A stretch of 64,000 nt of DNA from Kiritimatiellia bacterium (GTDB lineage: Bacteria; Verrucomicrobiota; Kiritimatiellia; UBA8416; JADHWI01). The stretch's first letter is position 1. The number at the start of each line of letters is the position of its first letter. The notes under the pieces were generated by a model. That model saw nothing but the letters and a program-made list of their open reading frames with translations, was not told where the DNA came from and made no database searches. Shown piece by piece: positions 1 through 10,184 of the stretch. A program made the translations under genes and the position numbers. Where the stretch lies: assembly GCA_030744755.1 (NCBI GenBank), contig JASLPY010000020.1, forward strand, positions 5,209 through 69,208, in the 5' to 3' direction.

Positions 1-11
1 GTAGCAGTGCA

Positions 12-1166
12 ATGGCTAAGCCGCTCAAGGTCTATATCCTTGCGGGGCAATCCAACATGGAGGGCCATGCCAAGGTTTCGGCCTTTGACCATCTTGCCAT
101 GGACCCCAAGACGGTTCCGCTGCTCAAAGAAATGCGCGCGGCTGACGGCACACCACGCGTTTGCGAAAAGGTGTGGATTTCCTATTTCAACGGCAGGGAA
201 GATGGGGAGGCCGACGGCTTTGGCAAACTGACGGCTGGTTATGGATCACGCAAAGATGCTACCCAGGACGGGGGGAAGATCGGTCCTGAATTCACCTTTG
301 GGATCTTCATGCAGAAGGTGCTGGATGAACCCATCCTCATCATCAAGACTGCCTGGGGCGGAAAATCACTGCACACCGACTTTCGATCACCGAGTGCAGG
401 GCCGTATGAATTCAGTGAGAAGGAACTGGAAGGCCTCAAAAAACAGGGCAAAGACATCGGACAGGTGAAAGCGGATCGGGCCAAGGCGACCGGTGTCTAT
501 TATCGCCTCATGCTCGGGCACGTCCAGCGGGTGCTGAAGGACATCAAGCGGGTATGCCCTGTATACAACCCTGAACAGGGCTATGAGGTGGCTGGCTTCG
601 TCTGGTTCCAGGGGTGGAACGACATGGTGAATAGCGGCGTCTATCCCAACCGGGGCCAGGCCGGCGGATACGATCTCTACAGCAAACTGATGGCAGACTT
701 CATTCGTGACGTGCGCAAGGATCTCTCCGCGCCCAAGATGCCTTTTGTGATTGGCGTGATGGGAGCCGGTGGGCCTACGGACAAGTATGGGGCGGACCAG
801 CAACGGTATAAGGGGATTCACCAGACCTTTAGAGATGCCATGGCCGCGCCGGCAGCCCTGCCGGAGTTCAAAGGCAATGTCGCCGCCGTCCTGACGGAGA
901 ACTACTGGGACATGGAACTGGATGCTGTATCGAAGAAGGGCGGTGAGCTTAGAGCCAAATCCCGGGAATTAAGTAAGACAGACATGAGCCGCGAGGAGCA
1001 GAAAGCGGCTTTGGAGAAATTCCGTGCCGAGCTCTATACACCGAGGGACCTTGAATTGCTTAAGGGCATTACCAATGCCGGTTACCACTACCTGGGTTCA
1101 CCGAAGATAATGGCGCAGATCGGCAAGGGATTTGCCGAGGCCATGGTTGAAATGACCAAAAAGTAA
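12..1166 (+). CDS. Sialate O-acetylesterase (SASA/CE6-like SGNH esterase); the N-terminus probably extends beyond the window edge
   Basis: Motifs VYILAGQSNMEG, IGPEFTFG, PILIIKTAWGGKSL, GFVWFQGWND and C-terminal GYHY; no signal peptide visible within the window. Confidence 0.85.
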   Translation: MAKPLKVYILAGQSNMEGHAKVSAFDHLAMDPKTVPLLKEMRAADGTPRVCEKVWISYFNGREDGEADGFGKLTAGYGSRKDATQDGGKIGPEFTFGIFMQKVLDEPILIIKTAWGGKSLHTDFRSPSAGPYEFSEKELEGLKKQGKDIGQVKADRAKATGVYYRLMLGHVQRVLKDIKRVCPVYNPEQGYEVAGFVWFQGWNDMVNSGVYPNRGQAGGYDLYSKLMADFIRDVRKDLSAPKMPFVIGVMGAGGPTDKYGADQQRYKGIHQTFRDAMAAPAALPEFKGNVAAVLTENYWDMELDAVSKKGGELRAKSRELSKTDMSREEQKAALEKFRAELYTPRDLELLKGITNAGYHYLGSPKIMAQIGKGFAEAMVEMTKK

Positions 1167-1587
1167 GGTGTTGAAGCGTGACGCCTCGCCGGTATTTGTG
1201 GAGAGTATCACCAGAGGTTGAGTGCGAAGCCCACAGCCTTGGTGACAGCGTTCATATGTGATTGCTATCGTGCTATCGTGCATTCGACACGATAACTCTT
1301 TTGAGGAGAGGCGTTTACGTCGACATCTGTACTCCTCTGGGGCCTTAGAAGCAAGAAATCAGGCTCTATTTGAGCTGTAACGAGTTCTCTCCTCGCGCAC
1401 GCAGAAACGGTTTTGCTCTCCCCAGTCCTCATCTCCACAACATCGCCATTCGGACGGTTGGCATAACGATGCCATACTCGCACCACTATCCTTACACGTC
1501 AATATCGGGCCGCTTTTTCGCCTCTAAGCCATCCAGGAGAGCCCAAGCCAAGCGTAGTCTACTCTCCCAGAAAGACTTAGCGTGTCG

Positions 1588-1628
1588 AATGCACGTATTC
1601 AATGCACGTATTCCTAATGCACGTATTC
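1588..1628. repeat. Three direct copies of the 13-mer AATGCACGTATTC
   Basis: Copies at 1588-1600, 1601-1613 and 1616-1628 (2-nt CT gap before the third). Confidence 0.9.
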
Positions 1629-1830
1629 ATGGGGCCAACAGCGGGCACGTGCGGAGCATTCGGTGAGGAAGCACGATCTATGAGCACACCATTCGCCGGC
1701 TCGGCACATCTGAATCCTCACGGATTCAGCTACTGAAGATCATCCCCGGGGAAGCGTACCCAGCGTAGGCGTTGCCAACGCTGGGCTGTCCTGTTAATCG
1801 CCTTTGGCGAAATTTGTTTCTCTTTTTTTC

Positions 1831-1859
1831 TTGCTTAATGGGAATTTTAGGATTATTAT
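1831..1859 (+). promoter_or_regulatory. Putative sigma70 promoter for the Calx-beta surface protein genes
   Basis: TTGCTT (1831-1836), 17-nt spacer, TATTAT (1854-1859), preceded by a T-rich tract. Confidence 0.5.
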
Positions 1860-2138
1860 CGAGGTAGTAGGTAAGAAAAGACCTTAGGTGCCAGGGTATA
1901 TTCGTCCTTGTTGCCGCAGGGTCGATACGGAGGTATGCTACTGAATAGAAGTGTTGTCGTCGGCGTCAGGGGTGATGCTGACGGGTGGCTGGAACCGGTG
2001 TTTACGAAGGTTTCCAGCAGAGAGAAACGCGAAAGGTGTTTGCCTTTCACAGTCGCATGTAAAGTAAATGCTCTTGAAGAGCCGGGCGACTTGAACTCTC
2101 TGCACCAGTCACTCATCTCGTAATGAGGAGACGGCACA

Positions 2139-5100
2139 ATGACCGAGTGGCAAAGCAAAAGCCTTTCGATTTCCAGCATACGCAATTTCCGCCATGGTTT
2201 GGGTGGTACGTTAGTCCGGCTTGTCATAGCCGGACTTTTTCTTGCCTCCGCCTCCGCCGGATGGGCATCCATTCTTCCATTCACTGATGACTTTCAGAGT
2301 TATACCCAAGGGACCGATCTCGACGGTAGCAACGGGTGGGCAGTGGCCGGCAGTGGTTCGGTCACCGTGACCAACCATCTGTCCAGTAAGCGCGCCGCTC
2401 TGATCCCCAATAGCAGTACGAACGTCATCCTGGAGAACGACTTCACCGACGACTCGAACGTGGTATCGATCGCTTTCGACCTTCAGCCCGTTTATACCGA
2501 CGGTGATCCCTCGGATCTCATTCCCGACGATGCAACCTTCGTATACTACATCGGCACTAACGGGATGGTAACAGCGTATGACGGCCAGGATGCCTCGAAC
2601 CTCACCCATGACATAATATCGGACCAGTCTCCCACGAACTTCGTCGTCACCCTCGATTACGCGACCTCGAACTGGTCGCTTTATGTGGGAGGTGCTGAGA
2701 TCGTGTCCGATTTCGGTTTCTATTCCAGCAGTAACTCCGACTTCAACCAGATTTCATTCCTGGAGTCATCGTCGACGTCTTACCTGGACAATGTGGACAT
2801 CAAGGCTCCGCCGCTGGTTTACTTCGATCTGGCATCAGGCGAGTATGCAGAGGGCTTGAGCGTGACAGTGACTGCACGGCTTTCAACCGCCTATAGCACC
2901 GCCGTCACCGTAAACCATGCGCTCACCGGTGGTGGAAGTGGAGAACCCGCCGACATTACCGGTTATAGTAGCGGCACACTTACTTTCGATATAGGCGAAA
3001 CGGAGACCAACTTCACGTTTACTGTCACTGACGACATTTTTTGGGAGGAAGCCGAGACCCTCGTGTTCCAGTTGAGCGACGTGACGAACGGTATACTGGG
3101 TTCGCCATCGACCTTTACGCTGACTATCCCTGATGACGCCGGGGACTGGAGCCTTCCGTTCAGCGACGACTTCGAGCCTCCGCGAACCACCGGAAATCTG
3201 GACGCTCAGAACGGGTGGCAGGCCACCGATGCGGAAGTGCAGACCACCACATTTATCGATACGCAGGCCGCGAGCATCACGTCCTCGACCGGCATCGCAA
3301 GCCACCCGTTTGCCGCCGGTAATTCCAACGTCTGGACCGACCTGTACATCCAGCCGGTGTTTGGCGACAACTCGTCCACCAACCCGCCGGACGACAGTTC
3401 GTTTGCTTTCTTCGTGAATAACAGCTCCAACGTCGTGGTTTACAATGGTAACGCCACCCAGGCCCTGACCGGTGTCACTATCACACAAGGCAAGTGGGTG
3501 CGCTTCACGGTGTTCAGTGATTACGCAAACAGCAACTGGGACCTGTACGTAGACGGCGTACCGGTAACGAACGACGTGGATTTCTACACCAACACCGCTC
3601 CGACCAGTTATACTGAGTTCGGCGTACGTGGTGGCGGCGGGTCGAGTGCGCCGTTCGATGATGTGTACATCTCCACGAATCCGCCAGACCCGTTTGTGAC
3701 GTTCACCGTGGCCTCCAATTCCTATGACGAAGGCAGCACGGCCACTGGCTACGTGTCGCTGTCGTGGGCTTCCGCGAGCAATGTGACCGTGGACGTGACG
3801 GATCTCCTGACTGGGACGGCGACGAACGGCGGGGCGGGCCAGGACTACACCTTCAGCAGTCCCAGCAACCTGACGATCATCGCCGGAACAACGAACCTGC
3901 CGTTCACGTTCGTGATCGAACAGGACAATGACGGTGAACCTGCAGAAACAATCGAGTTCGCGCTTGCGAACTACGGCGGTGGTTCGGCCGGTGATATCAC
4001 AAACTTCACGGCGTATATCAACATCGACCCGTCCGACGTGCCTGATATCAGCTTCCAGACGAATGCGGTGTCTATCCCCGAAAGCACGGGTGTCGTAACG
4101 GTGACGGTAACAGTCAGCGTGCCCTACAACATTGATACCGTGAAAGTAGATTATGCGGTCAGCGGTACCGCAACTCTGAACGACGATTTCACGAATTACT
4201 CTGACGGGACGCTGATCCTGGATCCCGGCGACACCTCGACTAACTTCACCTTCGAGGTCATCAACGATCTCGAGGACGAACTGGACGAAACCGTGATCTT
4301 CGGCCTGTCGAACTTCATCAACTGTTCGGACGGCACGCACACGCAGATTACTTACACGATTCTCGAGGACGTTGGCGACGAGAAGCCCAATGTGTACTTT
4401 GCATCCTCCGGGGCGACCGTATCCGAAGGCGTCGGCACGGTGACTCAAAAGGTGTACCTGTCCAAGACGTACAACGGGACGGTGACCATCGAGGTTGAGG
4501 ACACCCTGTCCGGCACGGCCACAAATGGCGGCTTGGATTACGCCATGGGAATAACAAACCTGTCGTTCTCGCCCGGCAGCACCAGTGAAGAGTACACCGT
4601 TGCGATCAACGACGACACCATTGGTGAAGACGATGACACGATCATCCTCCAGTTGAGTAATGTCAGTGGCGCCACGATCATTGCACCGTTGACCCATACC
4701 ATCACTATTTCAGATGATGTCGCCGACTGGGGGCTGCCGTTCTATGAAACCTTCGAGTCGAGAAATGAAGCCGACCTGGACGGCCAGCACGGATGGGATG
4801 CGCTCGACGCCACGGTGCAGAGCAACAACACGTACGGCGGCAGCACCTATGCCGGCAGCATCAACTCCGAGACCGGCTTTGCTCTTCACCCGTTCTCCGA
4901 CGGCAAGTCCAACGTCTGGACGGATATCTACATCCAGCCGGTGTTTGCTGATGACAGCAGCGCCAGCGTGACCGATGTGCCTGCGGACAGCACCTTCGCG
5001 TTTTACGTGAACACCAACGGTGACGTCGTGGTTTATGACGGCAATGTCAGAAAGACGAATGACACGAACCTGACCGAGGGAGAATGGGTCCGGTTTACCG

Positions 5101-6578
5101 TGAACAGTGATTACGCGGCCACGAACTGGTCCCTTTACACTAACGGTTCCCCTGTTGCGATAGAGAGTGGATTGTCCTTCTACACGAATACTACAACATC
5201 CTATACCGAGTTTGGTATCAGGGGCGCGGGCTCATCCAATGCGCCTGTGGACGATGTGAGCATAACTCTCACCAGTCCGCTTGCCGGCCTGCCCATTGCG
5301 AGTTTCCTTGCGGCTACGGGGTCCGGGGCCGAAAGCGTTCTCAGTGTTACCGGTACGGTTGTCCTGAGCAAGAGCTATGCGAGTACCGTCACGGTGGACC
5401 ACGTGCTTCTCGACGATGGCGCTGCCGAAGCGGGCCAGGATTACAACTACACGCCCGGAACAGTAACATTCGATCCGGGTGAACAGACAAACACCTTCAC
5501 ATTCACAATTATCAACGATATCGTCGTTGATGGGCCGGACACACTTACCTTCTCGTTGAGCGGTTACAGCAATGCCGAAGCCGGGACAAGCACCAACTTT
5601 GCCTACACCATCCTGGCGGACATTGACGACGTTCCCCCTGACATCTCGTTTGTCACAAACGTCTACTCCGCCGGCGAAGACGTGCTTTCCGGAACGGGTA
5701 CTGTATATCTGAGCAAGACCTACAGCGGCACGGTGACGGTGAATCATGCCGTAATAGCACTCGGCACGACGGCCGACATCGGTGATGACTACACGTACTC
5801 GGCAGACACGCTGACGTTCAATCCGTACGTGACCAACGCCAGCTTCACATTTACCATTGTCGACGACACGTACGACGAGTCGGACGAGACGATCAAGTTC
5901 GGCCTCAGCGGTCAGAATGTGGGCTCCCTGGCGCCGTATTCAGAGTTCACCTACACCATCCTTGAAGACACGAACGACTGGTTCGCGCTGCCCTTTGTGG
6001 AGACGTTCGAAGACCGGACCCTGAGCGGGTTAAGCGGTCAGCACGGGTGGTATGCCGTGGATACCGACGTGACCAATGCTCCGGCCGCTTACATACATAC
6101 AGATTCGCAGGCAGGCCTCATCATGGCCGATGCCGGTTTGATCCGCCACACCTTCAACGACGGCCAGTCCAACGTGTGGACGGATCTCTACATCCAGCCC
6201 GTGTTCGGGGCCGACGACGACAGCGTGACCAATCCGCCTGCCAACAGCAGTTTTGCGTTTTACGTCTACACCAACGGGCAAGTGGTGGCTTTCGACGGAC
6301 GGAATTCACCGACACAGCTGGTGCACACCGCTCTGAACCCGGGCGATTGGGTTCGCTTCACGGTCTTCAGCGACTACGCTGACACCGAGTGGGATCTGTA
6401 CCTGAACGATATCCTACTGCGCGAGAACATGGATTTCGTTGATGCAACCGCTCCCGCGTCTTACACTGAGTTCGGCGTGCGCGGAGCTGGATCTTCCAAC
6501 GCTCCCATTGACGACGTGAGCATAACTCTCACTACGCCATTCCCTGTTCCAAAGGGCGCAATGTTCCTGCTCAGATAG
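2139..6578 (+). CDS. Giant secreted acidic surface protein: four lectin/LamG-like beta-sandwich repeats interleaved with about six Calx-beta domains
   Basis: SD GAGGAG at 2125-2130; signal peptide ending ASAGWA; repeats LPF.E.F...LDG..GW / VWTDLYIQPVF / WVRFTV.SDY; Calx-beta-like units (DY....GTLTF..G.T...FTF.I.DD...E.DETI.F.L); ends PKGAMFLLR. Confidence 0.8.
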   Translation: MTEWQSKSLSISSIRNFRHGLGGTLVRLVIAGLFLASASAGWASILPFTDDFQSYTQGTDLDGSNGWAVAGSGSVTVTNHLSSKRAALIPNSSTNVILENDFTDDSNVVSIAFDLQPVYTDGDPSDLIPDDATFVYYIGTNGMVTAYDGQDASNLTHDIISDQSPTNFVVTLDYATSNWSLYVGGAEIVSDFGFYSSSNSDFNQISFLESSSTSYLDNVDIKAPPLVYFDLASGEYAEGLSVTVTARLSTAYSTAVTVNHALTGGGSGEPADITGYSSGTLTFDIGETETNFTFTVTDDIFWEEAETLVFQLSDVTNGILGSPSTFTLTIPDDAGDWSLPFSDDFEPPRTTGNLDAQNGWQATDAEVQTTTFIDTQAASITSSTGIASHPFAAGNSNVWTDLYIQPVFGDNSSTNPPDDSSFAFFVNNSSNVVVYNGNATQALTGVTITQGKWVRFTVFSDYANSNWDLYVDGVPVTNDVDFYTNTAPTSYTEFGVRGGGGSSAPFDDVYISTNPPDPFVTFTVASNSYDEGSTATGYVSLSWASASNVTVDVTDLLTGTATNGGAGQDYTFSSPSNLTIIAGTTNLPFTFVIEQDNDGEPAETIEFALANYGGGSAGDITNFTAYINIDPSDVPDISFQTNAVSIPESTGVVTVTVTVSVPYNIDTVKVDYAVSGTATLNDDFTNYSDGTLILDPGDTSTNFTFEVINDLEDELDETVIFGLSNFINCSDGTHTQITYTILEDVGDEKPNVYFASSGATVSEGVGTVTQKVYLSKTYNGTVTIEVEDTLSGTATNGGLDYAMGITNLSFSPGSTSEEYTVAINDDTIGEDDDTIILQLSNVSGATIIAPLTHTITISDDVADWGLPFYETFESRNEADLDGQHGWDALDATVQSNNTYGGSTYAGSINSETGFALHPFSDGKSNVWTDIYIQPVFADDSSASVTDVPADSTFAFYVNTNGDVVVYDGNVRKTNDTNLTEGEWVRFTVNSDYAATNWSLYTNGSPVAIESGLSFYTNTTTSYTEFGIRGAGSSNAPVDDVSITLTSPLAGLPIASFLAATGSGAESVLSVTGTVVLSKSYASTVTVDHVLLDDGAAEAGQDYNYTPGTVTFDPGEQTNTFTFTIINDIVVDGPDTLTFSLSGYSNAEAGTSTNFAYTILADIDDVPPDISFVTNVYSAGEDVLSGTGTVYLSKTYSGTVTVNHAVIALGTTADIGDDYTYSADTLTFNPYVTNASFTFTIVDDTYDESDETIKFGLSGQNVGSLAPYSEFTYTILEDTNDWFALPFVETFEDRTLSGLSGQHGWYAVDTDVTNAPAAYIHTDSQAGLIMADAGLIRHTFNDGQSNVWTDLYIQPVFGADDDSVTNPPANSSFAFYVYTNGQVVAFDGRNSPTQLVHTALNPGDWVRFTVFSDYADTEWDLYLNDILLRENMDFVDATAPASYTEFGVRGAGSSNAPIDDVSITLTTPFPVPKGAMFLLR

Positions 6579-6736
6579 AGGACGGTGCACAGAGCTTAAT
6601 AGACTATTGACGAGACAAACAGGAGTGCTTGAGAGTTCTATGAAGGCGGTCTGGAGTGAGGGGAAGCAGGTCCGACTTGAAATGGGACCATGGTCCCATG
6701 CAATTGGGATCTATAAAGCAGGATGGGGTCGACAAG

Positions 6737-9700
6737 ATGAATTCGACGGGGCGCCACGCACAGCGTGGAAGGTATATATGCATACGTAGGCTTGGTGCGG
6801 TACTGACCGCGGGGCTTTTGTTGACCTGTACAGGAGTTGTCGAGGGCGCATCCACGGTGCCCTTTTCGGACTCCTTCGACTATCCCAACGGGACCGACCT
6901 GGACGGCACGAACGGATGGGGTGTAACCGGCAGCGGCTCGGCCATTGCCACCAACAGCCGGGCACGGCTTGGCGACGTGACTGTGTCCAACGTTTTCACG
7001 GGCGAGGAAGAGGTCGTTACGATTACGTTTGACGTCCAGCCACGGTTTAACGAAGGCAATCCCTCCTCACTCATTCCCGCTGATGCAACATACGCATTCT
7101 ACGTCGATACCAACGGATTGATTACGGCGTTCGACGGCCAGGCCGCATCGAACCTGACGCATGATCCTCTGAGTGAGAGCAGCAGCACTCAAATCACCGT
7201 GCGGGTGGACTACCCGGCTGAGACATGGTCGTTGTGGTTGGGCGACACGAAAGTGGCCACCGACTTTGCTTTCTACGGGGCGGCCACATCGGCTTTCACT
7301 GAAGTGGGTTTCATCGAAGGTTCTACCAACATGTACTCCTATGTCGACAACGTGGAGATCCTGGAAGTGCACCCCCGGCCCAGCGCTGCATACGCGACAG
7401 CTTCGCTGACGGTTGCCGAGACCCAGGGCACGGTCACGGCCACGGTTATCCTCAGCGAGGCGCACGACGAAGAAGTCCGGGTGGATCATTATCTCGCCGG
7501 CGGGACCGCCTTATTCGGCCAGGATTTCACCAACTATACGGACGGTACATTGATCTTCGCGGTAGACGACACGAACAAGACATTCACATTCGATATTCTC
7601 AACGATACGAGTAACGAACCGCCAGAAACCATCATCTTCGGCCTCACCGGCTACAGCAACTCCACACCCGCTGAGCCGTCAAGCTTTGCAGTTACCATCG
7701 GGGACGACGGTTCCGACTGGAGTCTCCCGTTCTATGAGCCGTTCGAGGACCGAACCCTCGGTGACCTCGACGGTCAGAACGGCTGGCGTGGCGATGATGC
7801 AGTCGCACAGAGCAACGTGGTCAGAGCCGGGAATCAGGCAGGCAGCCTCAATTCCGCGACAGGTATGATTAGTCACCCGTTCGGTGACAGTCAGACAAAC
7901 GTCTGGACCGACCTGTACATCCAGCCGGTGTTCGCTTCCGACGACGAGAACGTGACCAATCCGCCTTCCGACAGCAGCTTTGCGTTCTATGTATCAACCA
8001 ACGGACAGGTGGTGGCTTTCGACGGTACGACGCCTACACAGCTCGTGCATTACGCGCTGACCGAGGAGGAATGGGTACGGTTTACCGTACGCAGCGATTA
8101 CGTATCCACCAACTGGTCCCTGTATGTAAATGGCTTCATGGTTGCTGAGGACCTTGGCTTCTATGATACTGCTGCGACAAGCTACACTGAGTTCGGAGTG
8201 CGCGGAGCGGGCACCACCAATGCCTATATCGACGATGTCCGAATCCAGGAAGCGAGGCCCATTACAATCGGCGTATCATTCGTGACGACCGAGGCAGAGG
8301 GCGAGGAATCCGTGGGCGTCGTGACGGCGACAGTTGCCCTGAGCGAGGCCGTCACCAACGAAGTCAGTGTAGACCATTTCCACATCGGCGGCACGGCTGA
8401 CTTCGGTGCGGACTTCACGAACTACACGCCGGGGACCCTGACTTTCTCCCCGGGCCAGCTCTCCACTTCCTTCACGTTCACGGTTATAGACGACTTCGAC
8501 CCCGATCCTGATGAGACGATCACTTTCGGGTTGCACAACTTCGTTGATATAGAGGCAGGAGAGTTCACAAACTTCACCTACACCATCCTGTACGAACCGG
8601 CCGACGAGCCGCCGCCGGTTTCGTTCGAACCGGCCGAGGCCGAGGCCGAGGAGTCCGTGGCTGTCGTGACGGCGACCGTTGTCCTGGGCGCTCCCAGCGG
8701 GAAAGAAGTCAACGTAGACCACTTCCTCATCGGCGGCACGGCAGATTTTGGTGCGGACTTTACCAACTACACTCCGGGGACACTGACATTCTCCCCAGGC
8801 CAGGTCTCCACGTCCTTCACCTTCACGGTCATAAACGACACGGAGAACGAACCGGACGAGACGATCGTTATCGGGCTGAGTAACTATGTCAATGGGGTAG
8901 CAGGGGTGGAGACGAACTTTACCTACACGATCCTGTACGAACTGGCGGACGAGCCACCGGTGGTTTCGTTCCAGACCAGTGGTGTTCGCGTCGATGCGGA
9001 TGTGCCTGCTGCTTCGATTCCAGTTGTTCTGTTTCCTGCGCAGTCAACCACAGTTACAGTGGCTCACGCCATCCTACCTGCCAGCACGGCGACCGACGGC
9101 CTGGATTACACCAATTACACTCCCGGCACGCTCACCTTCGACCCGGGAGAGACGAATCAGTTCATCACCTTCACGGTCATTGATAATGGGGAAGACGTGG
9201 ATGAGGAGATTGTCATAGGGCTGAGCAACTTCACCAACGCGTCTGCTGGTCTGTACACCGAATTCACCTATACCATAGCAGGCGACTCGAACCTATGGTA
9301 CAGCTTGCCGTTTGCCGAAACGTTTGAACTGGGGGCGCCGGTCGAGCTGGATGGTCACCGCGGCTGGGTATCCGGGAATGCCACGGTGCAGACTGATGTG
9401 GTTTACTCGGGAAGCAAGGCAGCGGAAGTAAACAGCGGCCTCAGCCACACCTTCTTCGGCGGTCAAACCGACGTTTGGACCGACATGCGTGTCCGCCCGT
9501 TACTCGGTACGCCTCCGTCGGTCCCTGGGAACAGTACCTTCGCATTTTATGTAAACACGAACGGGCACGTTTGGGCCTATGACGGCGACACAGCAAGGGA
9601 TCTCACGCCTCCGGTGCCCGCCATCAGCGAGGGGCAATGGAAGCGGTTCACCGTGCACAGCGATTATGTCGACAAGACGTGGGATCTGTACGTTAATGGA

Positions 9701-9880
9701 ATGCTCATGGCTGAAGACCTCGCGTTCTACAGCGACAGCGTAACGAATTACAGCGAGTTTGGCTTGCGTTCCTTTCGCACCACCAACGCGCCGTACAGTG
9801 CCCATTTAGACGACGTCAGCATCGGTCTCACCAGGCCGTCGGGGGTGTTCGATATCGGTACGCTACTGCTCATCAGGTAG
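6737..9880 (+). CDS. Paralogous secreted Calx-beta/beta-sandwich surface protein (three sandwich repeats, about four Calx-beta units)
   Basis: Start moved to ATG 6737, which gives a signal peptide (RRLGAVLTAGLLLTCTGVVEGA); same repeat units as 2139..6578; ends GTLLLIR. Confidence 0.8.
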   Translation: MNSTGRHAQRGRYICIRRLGAVLTAGLLLTCTGVVEGASTVPFSDSFDYPNGTDLDGTNGWGVTGSGSAIATNSRARLGDVTVSNVFTGEEEVVTITFDVQPRFNEGNPSSLIPADATYAFYVDTNGLITAFDGQAASNLTHDPLSESSSTQITVRVDYPAETWSLWLGDTKVATDFAFYGAATSAFTEVGFIEGSTNMYSYVDNVEILEVHPRPSAAYATASLTVAETQGTVTATVILSEAHDEEVRVDHYLAGGTALFGQDFTNYTDGTLIFAVDDTNKTFTFDILNDTSNEPPETIIFGLTGYSNSTPAEPSSFAVTIGDDGSDWSLPFYEPFEDRTLGDLDGQNGWRGDDAVAQSNVVRAGNQAGSLNSATGMISHPFGDSQTNVWTDLYIQPVFASDDENVTNPPSDSSFAFYVSTNGQVVAFDGTTPTQLVHYALTEEEWVRFTVRSDYVSTNWSLYVNGFMVAEDLGFYDTAATSYTEFGVRGAGTTNAYIDDVRIQEARPITIGVSFVTTEAEGEESVGVVTATVALSEAVTNEVSVDHFHIGGTADFGADFTNYTPGTLTFSPGQLSTSFTFTVIDDFDPDPDETITFGLHNFVDIEAGEFTNFTYTILYEPADEPPPVSFEPAEAEAEESVAVVTATVVLGAPSGKEVNVDHFLIGGTADFGADFTNYTPGTLTFSPGQVSTSFTFTVINDTENEPDETIVIGLSNYVNGVAGVETNFTYTILYELADEPPVVSFQTSGVRVDADVPAASIPVVLFPAQSTTVTVAHAILPASTATDGLDYTNYTPGTLTFDPGETNQFITFTVIDNGEDVDEEIVIGLSNFTNASAGLYTEFTYTIAGDSNLWYSLPFAETFELGAPVELDGHRGWVSGNATVQTDVVYSGSKAAEVNSGLSHTFFGGQTDVWTDMRVRPLLGTPPSVPGNSTFAFYVNTNGHVWAYDGDTARDLTPPVPAISEGQWKRFTVHSDYVDKTWDLYVNGMLMAEDLAFYSDSVTNYSEFGLRSFRTTNAPYSAHLDDVSIGLTRPSGVFDIGTLLLIR

Positions 9881-10124
9881 CGGTTGGGAGGATAGAGTGG
9901 TTCTTCCGGCTTACGGGTGTCGATTGCACCTGTCCCCGGGCTTGAAGGGGGTCGCAGAGACACTTTCAACATCCTTCATCCCCCCGGGCCGGGACGGCTT
10001 TCGAGGCTTGCCGTGCCTCTTTCACCAGGGCCATTTAATCCATAAGCTCACTCTCTTGTGTCGCAGGAAGTTATGCAAAAAGTCTGAACTACGCTGCACT
10101 CAATGAACCCGCTGAAAACGAGAT

Positions 10125-10184
10125 CTCCCGATTGGAATCGGGAGCTACAGGGGATCGAACGTAGCGCCCGACTCCGATCGGGCG
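10125..10184. repeat. GTAG-family REP doublet (REPIN-like)
   Basis: Minus strand GTAG-CTCCCGATTCCAATCGGGAG (10125-10148) and plus strand GTAG-CGCCCGACTCCGATCGGGCG (10161-10184). Confidence 0.7.

Noticed and set aside
1588-1628. Possible CRISPR array
   Set aside because: 13-bp units with 0-2 nt gaps, no spacers and no cas genes
2883-4697. 604-aa antisense ORF (likewise 19626-21173, 38993-40468, 42394-43911, 51180-52610)
   Set aside because: Shadow ORFs opposite well-supported genes, expected from GC-rich codon bias; no recognisable motifs
2139-9880. Diversity-generating retroelement target in the repeated C-terminal domains
   Set aside because: No reverse transcriptase or non-coding template repeat; differences between repeats are not adenine-specific
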